The notes under the pieces: model-generated
The model's database searches: none
What the model was told of the DNA's origin: nothing
The model's input: only the letters and a program-made list of their open reading frames with translations
Shown: in pieces, positions 51,383 to 62,341 of the stretch
Numbering within the stretch: position 1 is the stretch's first letter
How the letters are laid out: every line of letters begins with the position of its first letter
Assembly: GCA_951406725.2 (NCBI GenBank)
Contig: OX597829.1
Coordinates: 40,796,001-40,860,000 of the forward strand
From: Octopus vulgaris
Lineage: Eukaryota
Length of the DNA: 64,000 nt
Reading direction: 5' to 3'
Program-made: the position numbers and the translations under genes

Positions 51383-51724
51383 ATTAGTTAAAAAATAAAA
51401 CATGTAGCCAGTTTATTTATTTAATCTTCTAAACAGTTTGTTTATATTTGTCATAAAGTAAATGTCCATTATTTCTTTGATTGAAAGAGTGCCAAATCTT
51501 CTCACAGAACTCTCTTTGAAACCCATAACTTTTGCAGGAATTCAACTTGAACTGCCTTCCTCACCATCACTTAACATTTTTTTTTTTTTTTGGTTACAGT
51601 ATTCCCCTCTAAAAAAAAAAATATAAAAAAGTAGGAGCATGGCCTCAGGCTCTGCCTAAAATCAGTAAAAGTAAAATTCATTATAATAACAATAATATTT
51701 TTTAAATATCTCTATTATCAAGAG

Positions 51725-52030
51725 TGAGGACACATAGCCTGGTGGTTAAGGTGTTGCACTAACGATTGTGGGATTGTGGTTTCAATTCCTAGACCAGGCA
51801 GTGTGTTGTATTTTTGAGCAAAACACTTTATCTCAAGTTATTCTGCAACCACTTTGATGTAAAGTGTGTGATAGACTTTGTGCTTGTTCAGACAACATCA
51901 ATTTGATGGCAGGAGCGAGCTAATTAATGCACAACGCATAATTTGATTGCTATAAACAAATCATTCGTGCCAGTCATTCAGCAAAAGCTGAACGCCCATA
52001 CATCGTCTTCGATAGGAGAATCCATTATTC
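51725..52030 (+). mobile_element. Diverged tRNA-headed SINE (D/E-like)
   Basis: TAGCCTGGTGGTTAAGG..GGTTTCAATTCC..TTGAGCAAAACACTTTA. Confidence 0.65.
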
Positions 52031-52407
52031 ATTATTATAAAGAAAATTAGTCAAATTATTTTATATTCATATTTATTGTATTTCTATGAAGTTTTTTGTT
52101 TTATTGAAATTAATTTTTTTTACTAAAAATGCTTTCATTTATTTATTTATTTATTCATTTATTTCCACCAGTAAAGACATATAAACATATTCTGTAATTT
52201 TTAGGAAATCTGTAGTCCATTTCTTTGAGATACACTGATGAACATTCTGAATATGTTAAATAAATTTTGGTCTTACAAGTGAGTAAAAGTATTGAAGAAA
52301 GAAGAATTTGTGAATCTTATTTCTCTTTTGTGTTTTTTATTTTTAGATTTGCATTTTTAATATATAGCAGGTGATGGGGATAATACACAAATGATGTTTA
52401 AGAAGTT

Positions 52408-52454
<47 letters not shown>

Positions 52455-52500
52455 ATATACATGAATTATAATATGTACATGTATATGTGTACATGTGTGA

Positions 52501-52540
<40 letters not shown>

Positions 52541-53169
52541 TACATACATGTAAATACATACACACACAAAAACACGCACGCATGCACACACACACACACA
52601 CACACACACATACAACATGCATATTCATAAATGAATTCATTTCAAAATTCTATTCAAAAATGCCATTATTGCCAATGTTGAGTTTCTCTTTAGAATCACC
52701 TTAATATGATATTGTTTCAATTCTTAGAGTGTCATCATCATCATCATCATCATCATCATCACTTAACGTTTGCTTTCCATGCTGGCATGGGTGGGACGGT
52801 TTGACAGGAGCTGGCCAGGCAGAAGTTTGCACCAGACTTCTGCAACTGTTTTGGCAGGATTTTTAGAGCTGGTTGCCCTTCCTAACACCAACCACTCAGC
52901 AGAGTGGATTTAGTGCTTTCTACATGGCACAAGCACAGGCAAGGTTTTTACAGCTGGATGCCCTTCCTAACACCAACCACTTTACAGTGTGGACTGAGTG
53001 CTTTTAAGTGGCACCTGCACTGAGAGGGTCACCAAGTACTTGCAAGACATAAAAAACTTCTTTTGAGAAGAGAGGGAGCATTGTTGAAGATGTCAGATGA
53101 TGAAAGTTTATAGTGAGACAGAGAGACAGAAACAGGTGTCTTGCTGTAGAGGAGGTACAAGGTTACCCT

Positions 53170-53200
<31 letters not shown>

Positions 53201-53640
53201 ATCAGGAATGAAGACAGAAACAGGTGTGCAAAGGAAATACATAGTTACCCAACCTGAGGGAAGTGCAGGAGAAGGAAAGAGAGAGAGAATGGGAGACAAC
53301 GGAATAGAGATAGTGGCAAAATGCCGGGCATACTCACGGGGGACAGGGGTCAGAATATAAAAGGAATGGTTGAGTAAAGGAAGAGAGAGATGTAGATTGT
53401 GAAGGAAGCATGATTAAAGAGTATGGAGTGGGGAGTGAGTGACATAAACCTGGCTATATATATAGAATCGGATGGCTACTGAATAGCAATGATACAGAGG
53501 AACAGGGCCATGAGGACATGATTGGGGTGTGAGAGCGAGGTATAGTGTATGAAGAGGAAATGTGAGGAAGAGAAGAGATGTAGAGATGTAGATTAGTTTG
53601 TTGGGGTAAGGTGTGTGAAAATTTTCCTGTTACATGTGGG

Positions 53641-53967
53641 TTTGTTTGTTTGTTTATCGAAGTGGTCTTCTGAGAATTCTGAAATGTGGTCCTTTGCTAT
53701 TCGTAAGACCCGCAGAAGAGAAAGCAATTCAACCCCTGACACCGAGAGCATCGACGGATGGATGAATGCGCATCCAGGCTCAGCAGTTGTGTAGGAAGTT
53801 AGGGACAAGAAACAGGAAGAAAGAGCGAGAGAATGTTGGGGTGAAAGAGTACAACAGGGGTCGCCACCACCCCCTGCCGGAGCCTCGTGGAGCTTTAGGT
53901 GTTTTCACTCAATAAACACACACAACGCCCAGTCTGGGAATCGAAACCACTGGGCTATTGCGCCTCC
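53641..53967 (-). mobile_element. SINE D, tail type 1, nested in the RTE 3'UTR
   Basis: 9-bp TSD TACATGTGG (53631-53639, 53968-53976). Confidence 0.88.
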
Positions 53968-54244
53968 TACATGTGGATGGAACACACAAGTCAGAAGCTA
54001 GCAGAGAGCAATGATACAAGAGGCCAAGAGGACAGGATTAGGGAGTGGGAGGCAAGCATTGTGCATGAAGTGGAAATGTGAGGAAGAGAAGAAATGTAGA
54101 GATGTAGTTTGGTTTGTTATGGTAGAGTGTGTGAGAAGTTTTCTTGTTAAGCGTGGGTGGGGTATACAGTGCTTCTAGAACTCAGTTTAACTGATGTGGG
54201 TGGATCTTCTCAAGAGCCTCATATCAGCAGACATCTCGGTCCAT

Positions 54245-54408
54245 ATTATATATATATATCATCATCATCATCATCACTTAATGTCCACCTTCCATGATGG
54301 CATGGGTGGGATGGTTTGTCAGGAGCTGGCCAGGCCGAAGCCTGCACCAGACTTCTGTAACTGTTTTGGCAGGATTTTTTACAGCTGGATGCCCTTACTA
54401 ACACCAAT
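54245..54408 (-). mobile_element. RTE 3' tail nested in the RTE ORF end
   Basis: 13-bp TSD CATCTCGGTCCAT (54232-54244, 54409-54421). Confidence 0.88.
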
Positions 54409-55572
54409 CATCTCGGTCCATTGTCATTTCCTTCATGAGGCCCAACATCCTAAGAACGGTCCTTACCACTTCATCCCACGTCTTCCTGGGTCTTTCTTTT
54501 CTGCAGGTACCCTCCACTTTCATTGATCAGCACTTCTTTATGCAGCTGTCCTCATTCATACGCATCACATGTCCAAACTGACATAGTCTTCTCTCTTATA
54601 TCCTACATTTGATTCCTCTTACATCCAACTTTTCTCTCAATACATTTGCACTTTGTCATACATGCACACTGATGTTGTACATCCAATGGAGCATACTACC
54701 TTCATTTCCCTCCAGTATATGCATGTCTTCTGCATTCAGAGCCCATGTATCACTTCCATGGAGTATAGCCATACATAAACAAGCATCATATAGTCTACCT
54801 TTCACTCTGAGAGAGGGTCTTTTTGTCACCAACAGAGGTAATAGCTCTCTGAACTTCCTCCACCAAATTCTTATTCTAAAAATAATACTTTCAGAGCATC
54901 CTCCACCATTGCTAATTTGGACACCTAGGTAACAGAAATTATCTACAACCTCAAGGGAGCCTCCTGGGCATTTGGGAGGATCTAAGTCCCATGTGCTCTT
55001 AGTGCTTATTGTTCCTGCACATCTACCACATACAAAGATGATTTTATCTGTGATTCCACTGCACCTCTTATGTGTTCATAGTTTACACTGGGTGCAGTGA
55101 ATGGAATTTCTTCCAACTCCTTTCCTACATGTTGAGCAGGGCCTGATGATAAGTGAATTACTTTGGTCTTTGTTAGGTTAACTTTAAGGCCCTTTGATTC
55201 CAGGTTTTGCTTCCTGAAATTTCTTCTCCAATTCTGCTAAAGATTTTTACAATAAGAGCAAGGTCATCAGCATAAAGCAGTTCCCATGGGTACCCAATTT
55301 TGGTAGAAATGATTTCAGTTGAAGCAGAGGATACTTATTTTTTCCTTGCTTTTAATAAAAACATAGAATTTCTTTCTCTTATTTTTCATTTGTTACAACT
55401 TGATTATTTTTCTTTTTTTGTATTAATTTTCTACTTGAAGAATATATTTGTTTAGTTTCCATGTGCTCCTTTCTTCAAACTCTGCATAAACATTCAAATG
55501 ATATTGCAAAATACACACAAGTGCATGTGCCCTTGCACACACACACACACACACATACGCATGCATGTGTGT

Positions 55573-55607
<35 letters not shown>

Positions 55608-56142
55608 TATACACACATTACATATATCGATATACATGATATATATATCATGTTTATATGTGTGTGTGTATTTATGAATGTATATATATATGTAGATGTA
55701 ATTTATATACACATGTACTTATGCATGTGTGTCTATGTGTATGTGTGTGTGTTTGATCCAGGGGTCAAACTTTGATTTTAATAAAGAAATGAACGAAACT
55801 AAATCTTCAATTTATTTTTGTTAGCACTGAGAAAAAGATGGAATATCCATTTTTAATTTTATTTCCTTTTTGGTATAAAATAATAAAGACAAACGCATAG
55901 ACTGATGGCATAGCCTTAAATTATGTCCCTTAATTTATGCATTTCCATAGTCTGTAACAGCTGTTTTCCCCTAGTTGAGAAATGACTATGTACCAATATA
56001 CACTGGTCTATAAACACACTTTTTTATTCTTAGTGTAACAAAAAAAGCCATGCATCTAATGTGATCCTATTAAGGATAGGATTATGTGTATGATGATATA
56101 TTAAATTTGTTTTTTCCACAAAATACACACTTTTTTTCCACA

Positions 56143-56302
56143 CTGACTTGGGTATATGGTAAGAAGTTTGCTTCTCAAATGCATGGCTCTGGGTTCAGTC
56201 CTGCTACATAGTACCTGGGGCAAGTGTCTTCTACTATAGCCTTGGGCTGACCAAAGTTTTGTGAGTGGATTTGGTAGATGGAAACTGAAAGAAGCTCGTC
56301 AT
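56143..56302 (+). mobile_element. SINE B head half
   Basis: GGTTCAGTCC..GGGCAAGTGTCTTC..GAAACTGAAAGAAGC. Confidence 0.8.
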
Positions 56303-56548
56303 ATATATATATATACACACCTGAGTAAGCACATAAATGTGAAACATGGTGGAAAAAAGAGTACTCAAATACCAGAGGTAGAGTAATATGCTTTATTTAA
56401 AAGCAGCAGAAATATAACAAAAGCTGTTACTCAGAGTTTCATGTTCCCGATTGTCCTGACTAAAACACTGATAATAACTACAGAAATCAAACATCTGAGA
56501 GCAAATGGGTGAAGACAATCTTTCAGCATACATTCAAGTATTTGGACT

Positions 56549-56601
56549 CACATAGACCAGTTTCTGGATATGCATTATAGCCTAATCTTCCTCAGCATGT
56601 G
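56549..56601 (-). ncRNA. Putative minimal type I hammerhead ribozyme
   Basis: CACATG CTGAGGA AGATTAGGC TATAAT GCATATCCA GAAAC TG GTC TATGTG: intact CUGANGA/GAAA core, GUC triplet, 6-bp stem I. Confidence 0.7.
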
Positions 56602-56901
56602 TTATCATGATGAAAAACACCAACCTGTCACATTGAAGTCTGCGCTGCAACTGATTTGAATGTCCTTTGATTGATATAAATTCTAGTCCTTCAGCTATGT
56701 AATGCTGTCCTGGGCCTGCAATTGCCTATATTATTGATTCTGCTATTATCATTTTTAATTGTTACACTAGATAATAACAGAGTCAATATTATCTTCGCAA
56801 ATATTTTCTCCTGAATTATTTGCTCCGTATTGAAATTATTTTCGCAATGGTGACTGCTATGATTTGGCACAAAAGAAATCAGTTGCACTGCAGCTTGGTT
56901 A

Positions 56902-56954
56902 CACATGCTGAGGAAGGTTAGGCTATAATGCCAATCCAGAAACTGGTCTACGGG
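56902..56954 (+). ncRNA. Putative minimal hammerhead ribozyme, sister copy
   Basis: CACATG CTGAGGA AGGTTAGGC TATAAT GCCAATCCA GAAAC TG GTC TACGGG; better stem II, weaker stem I. Confidence 0.62.
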
Positions 56955-57107
56955 AATTCAACTACTTGAATGTATGTTCAAAGGTTGTCATGACCCGTTT
57001 GCTTGCAGGTGGTTGATTTCTGTAGTTATCATCAGTTGTTTTCGGTGATTTAAATAAGAGTTTTGACTTTATTTCCAGCAGGTAGACACACTTAATATAT
57101 CCTTTGA

Positions 57108-57168
<61 letters not shown>

Positions 57169-57173
<5 letters not shown>

Positions 57174-57412
57174 CGTGACCGACCAGGCTATCAGTTGTTG
57201 CTACACATCGCTGGTCACAATGTGCTTCACATTGTTTTAGCCTTCTAATGATGCCACCTCGCTGGCTAAGTGAGCAGGCTAACAGAAGAAAGACTACAGC
57301 AGGGATCGCCACCACCCCCTGCCAGAGCCTCTCACAATGCCCAGTCTGGGAATCAACCGCAATCCTACAACTGCGAGTCTGCTGCCCTAACCACTGGGCC
57401 ATTGCGCCTCCA
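57169..57412 (-). mobile_element. SINE D, tail type 2, with internal deletions
   Basis: Same head and tail as 35053-35356. Confidence 0.85.
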
Positions 57413-57482
57413 CATATATATATATATACTGTTCTTCTCTATCTCTCTCTCTCTCTCCCTTTCTCACGTTGTCTGCCATTCC

Positions 57483-57590
57483 CCCCCTTCCATTGCTAAG
57501 AGCATTTCTAAGCCAGCCCGTCAGTTCAAACTTCGTCCCCCTTCCATTGCTAAGAGCATTTCTAAGCCAGCCCGTCAGTTCAACCTTCGT
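57483..57590 (+). repeat. 54-bp tandem duplication
   Basis: CTTCCATTGCTAAGAGCATTTCTAAGCCAGCCCGTCAGTTCAA at 57487 and 57541. Confidence 0.92.
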
Positions 57591-57847
57591 ATATTCCCGG
57601 TGCACCCGCCCTTGCCCACCCCCACCACCAATACCGGATATCTCTATATTTTTGCTCCATCTATACCGGATGTCGCTTCTCCCACCACCATTATAGGTGT
57701 CTACTCTTCGAACCCCCTCTTCAATACGCTATTTCACCATGCATTACCCCTCTCTTGATATCCTACGTTCTACTTGCCTAGAACCTGTCATCATTTCTCT
57801 GAACCACCCCTCCCCACTGGTGCTCCCCTATATATTTCTGCCCCCCC

Positions 57848-58087
57848 ACATAAAAGCACCATCCGAACGTGGCCGATGCCAGACCCCTCTGGCACCTGTG
57901 CAGGTGGCACGTAAAAAACACCCACTACACTCGCGGAGTGGTTGGCGTTAGGAAGGGCATCCAGCTGTAGAAACACTGCCAGACTAGACTGGAGCCTGGG
58001 GCAGTCCCAAGCTCCCCAGACCCCGGTCGAAACCGTCCAACCCGTGCTAGCGCGGAAAACGGACGTTAAACGATGATGATGATGATG
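57848..58087 (+). mobile_element. RTE-A 3' tail
   Basis: Ends CGGACGTTAAAC(GAT)n. Confidence 0.88.
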
Positions 58088-58381
58088 ATATATATATATA
58101 TATATATTTATAAATATATATATATGTATGTATGTATGTATGTGTATATATATAAAATAGTGTACATTTAAACACAAGAGAAGACTGCCTTTAACAGGTA
58201 ATTTTTACATGCTAGAAGAAGCAGTCAAAATGACCAAAGCCACATTTAAAAGCAATCTTCAAAAGAAATGAAAAATAAAAACTTTTACCTTGTTATTTAT
58301 GTATATATGTATGTATATATATATATATGTATATGTATATATATATATGTATGTATATATATATATGTGTATATATATATA

Positions 58382-58460
<79 letters not shown>

Positions 58461-58544
58461 TATATATTATATATATATACTATATATCATATATACGTGT
58501 GTATGTATGTATGTATGTATTAAGTGTGTATGTATGTATATATC

Positions 58545-58760
58545 TATGTGTGTGTGTCTTTGTGTCCGTTTGTCTCTCACCACTGTTTGACAACCGGTGT
58601 TGGTGTATTTACATCCATGTAACTTAGAAGTTCAGCAAAATATATCGACAGAATAAGTACCAGGCTTAGAAAAGTACTGGGGTTCGATTCCTTCAACTAA
58701 AACTTCTTCAAGGCAGCACATCAGCATGGCGTCAGCCTGACGACTGAAAGAACAAAGAGG
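58545..58760 (+). mobile_element. SINE B tail half
   Basis: TTGACAACCGGTGTTGGTG..AGAATAAGTACCAGGC..CAGCATGGC..GACTGAAA. Confidence 0.75.
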
Positions 58761-58860
58761 TAAAACATAAATGATAAAAAGTAGGGGGTGGTTGCCTTTT
58801 GTGAGAGTGTGTCTTATACACAGATAAATATAGTATTAAAAGAGTCTTTTCCAGATGATG

Positions 58861-59375
58861 GAAAGGGTATGGCCTGGTCAGCCTGTAATGACATGCATAA
58901 GATCTGGTCATCAAATCTAAGTAGAGACTTCAAACTTGAAATCTTCAAAGCCACAGTCGAACCAATTCTACTACATGGCTCAGAAACCTGGACCTTATCA
59001 AAGAAGCTTGAGAATCAGTTGGATGGAACTTACATTCGCCTCCTTATGAGAGCTCAAAATCTCTCGTGGAAGCGTCATCCAACCAAAGTACAAATACATG
59101 GGAAACTACCACCTGTATAATCTCTTGTGAAAGGCAGAAGAGTCCAGTTTGCTGGACATTGTTGTAGAGCTGAAAACAAGGTAATTTCTACTCTTCTCTT
59201 CTGGAAGCCATCTGCTCGCAATACCAGAGGGCACACACTCTCCTACCCTGATGTAATCTCCAGGGATACAAGCATCCAGCAACAGGACCTCTGTAATGCT
59301 ATGATGGACCGTGAAGTCTGGTGTAACATAGTAAATTCCATTGTCTCGACCACGGTCGAACAATGATGATGATGA
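58861..59375 (+). mobile_element. RTE-B LINE 3' fragment
   Basis: AWSACNDMHKIW..LLHGSETWTL..RRVQFAGHCCR..MMDREVW; (TGA)n tail right after the stop. Confidence 0.9.
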
Positions 59376-60269
59376 TTCATTAAAAAATAAAACAAGAAAT
59401 TAATGTTTCTCAAAATATATTTGGAAAGAAACATATTTTGGTCAATACTTATATTATTATAATGGCATTTTATAGAGTTGTGTGTATGTGTGTGGGGGGG
59501 GGGCGGAGACTCCCCCCTTTCCACTACAGATACACAACAGAATTTGCAGAAGCCATAAAACAATTTGCTGTACTTTAATGATTTATAAGTATTTACGTTC
59601 CTTGAAATCGTCTTAGATTTTTTCGTTATTACAATTAGACGTTATAATGGGAAAAGACCAAAACTATCTCTGTGTTTGAAAATGAAATCCCACTTGGGTT
59701 GACTTTTTATCTTTCAATCTTCCAAAAAGTTGATAAAAATAAGAATCAACTGTTACATGAATGCTGACTCAATTTATTCCCCCCCCACACTCGCCCCTTC
59801 ACCACCACCACCCCAGTCTCCTCAAATATTGGCTTTGCGCCTTGTCATAACAAATATCATTGTAATGACTTTTGAGTGATTTGTTGCTATGGGAAATATT
59901 TTTCAGGGTTTCTTTTACCGTTGTTTCATTTTTTGTATATATATATATATATTCTTTATTTTTACTGCAATTTTTTAAAGAAAAAAATATTCATTATGTT
60001 TTTATTTTATACCCCTGGAAAAAAAAACATTTTTTTTCTTATTTGTAAATACGCTTTTGTTGATTTGCCATGTGTTTAATTTTTAGAGAGAACATTGGGG
60101 TTTCTATAAAGGATAAAGTATTCATTATGTACTCAAGAAATGGTGAAGAATTGTTGATAATTTCATTCAAATTCTGCTAGTTATGAGACATATGGATATA
60201 AAACAAAAACATTCTGTCATCTGCGATATCAAGTAACTATAATAATTAATTATAATTGACAATAAATAT

Positions 60270-60848
60270 CTGTGTCGGTGGCACATAAAAACCACCAACC
60301 GATCGTGGCTGTTGTCAGCCTCCCCTGGCACCTGTGCCGGTGGCACGTAAAATGCAGCATCCGTAATTGGTTGATGCCAGCGCCACCTTGACTGGTTTCC
60401 GTGCTGGTGGCACGTAAAATGCACCATCCGTAATTGGTCGATGCCAGCGCCACCTTGACTGGTTTCCGTGCTGGTGGCACGTAAAATGCACCATCCGTAA
60501 TTGGTCGATGCCAGCGCCACCTTGACTGGTTTCCGTGCTGGTGGCACGTAAAATGCACCATCCGTAATTAGTCAATGCCAGCGCCACCTTGACTGGTTTC
60601 CGTGCTGGTGGCACGTAAAAAGCACCAACTGATCGTGGCCGTTGCCAGCTTCCCCTGGCACGTAAAAAGCACCCACTACACTCATGGAGTGGTTGGCGTT
60701 AGGAAGGGCATCCAGCAGTAGAAACACTGCTAGATCAGACTGGAGCCTGGTGCAGCCTCCTGGCTTCCCAGACCCCGGTTGAACTGTCCAACCCGTGCAA
60801 GCATGGAAAACGGATATTAAACGATGATGATGATGATGATGATGATGA
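60270..60848 (+). mobile_element. RTE-A 3'UTR with four 67-bp tandem units
   Basis: CCGTAATT at 60361, 60428, 60495, 60562; (GAT)n tail. Confidence 0.9.
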
Positions 60849-61647
60849 ATAACAATAATGATAATAATAAAATTCCTTTAAAAAAATAAAACAAAAATAA
60901 TTTTTGAACAGCAGTATTCTTCTTTCTTTTATCATTTGAAAAAAATGCTTTCTGTTTTATTTTTTTTGTTTTGTTTTGTTTTGTTTTTTTTCAAATAATT
61001 TGCATTGATTTAAATTAGTCATGTACAAATTGTGGCTCATGGGACTTTCTGAATTGCGCATCTAAAGAAAATTTACCTTGTGTCTTTTATAAAGTAGTGT
61101 GGCCTTACCTGATGATGAACTATATTCTCATGTGACCCACTTCTTGAAAAATGTTTCCCATTCCTAATTTAGGGAGGCATAATCACTGAAATACTGACTA
61201 CAAGTTCAACCTCTTAGTTGTAAGAGTTTACATCGTTCTGTAAATAAAAGCACAAATAGATCTATTATTGATTATGATATTTCTATCTGCTAACACCACA
61301 ACCACACAAACCACTCCACACATCACCACCACCACCACCACCACCACCACCACCACCACCACCACCACCACAAACACAACCACCACATGCTACCACTGCT
61401 ACCATTAATATCATTTCCTTGTGGTATTTGTTCTAGTTCTTTGTGTTTTGAGTTCAATTTTCTCAGTATGGCCTACTTGGGTTGTAAACCATGAGTGCCA
61501 TTAGCAATATCCACTCTGTTGCAAGCATTCTGGCCAGGCTTCCAGCTTGAGTATAAATCCCCTCTCCACCTCCAAATCTCAGAGGACCCATAATGGGGCA
61601 GAGAAACTGTCTTCTTTCCCAACCAAAAAACAAAAACATAGATTAGA

Positions 61648-61675
61648 TTAGATAGATAGATAGATAGATATGTAT

Positions 61676-61746
<71 letters not shown>

Positions 61747-61751
61747 TGTAT

Positions 61752-61798
<47 letters not shown>

Positions 61799-61827
61799 TG
61801 TATATAGATAGATAGATAGATATGTAT

Positions 61828-61862
<35 letters not shown>

Positions 61863-61863
61863 T

Positions 61864-61908
<45 letters not shown>
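61648..61908. repeat. (GATA)n microsatellite
   Basis: Direct inspection; second tract at 62259-62340. Confidence 0.97.
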
Positions 61909-61909
<1 letters not shown>

Positions 61910-62258
61910 GTTTCTTTATTAGCCACACAGGGTTGGACACAGACAGGACAAATTACAGGTAGAGCTTTTCTTTTGGGGATAAAAAAGGGGGTTTGGTTTT
62001 CGATCAAAAGGGATTGTAAAAGGAAAGAAAGAGGGAAAAAAGGGGGGGGGATAAAAAATAAAATTTTAAAAGATAAAAAGTCGATCAATAGGGATCGTTA
62101 TCACAGAAATGTCAATATAAAGTGTAAAGGGGAGGACAGGTGAGGTTTACCCGTGGAAAGAAAAGCCTACGGAAAAGACCACGGTAACCTCGGTCAATGA
62201 AGTCACATATTATATTTTTTTACAAATAAGCAACTCTCTGTATTAATTTTTACAGTTC
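61909..62258 (-). mobile_element. Tx1-like LINE, 3'UTR-only copy
   Basis: Colinear with 62341-62690; bounded by (GATA)n on both sides. Confidence 0.85.

Positions 62259-62340
<82 letters not shown>

Positions 62341-62341
<1 letters not shown>

Larger units (their letters stand above)
52733..55296 (-). mobile_element. Older RTE-A-related LINE: YADD region, PHD-type finger, C-terminus and long 3'UTR
   Basis: Minus: PWELLYADDLAL (YADD 55274-55263), GLKVNLTKTK, CSTCRKGVGRNSIHCTQCKL*THKRC..FVCGRC, FCYLG, RPRKTWDEVV; (GAT)n tail at about 52735. Confidence 0.88.
56461..57042. repeat. Head-to-head inverted pair with hammerhead motifs; spacer about 290 bp
   Basis: 56461-56605 is complementary to 56898-57042. 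Confidence 0.88.
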
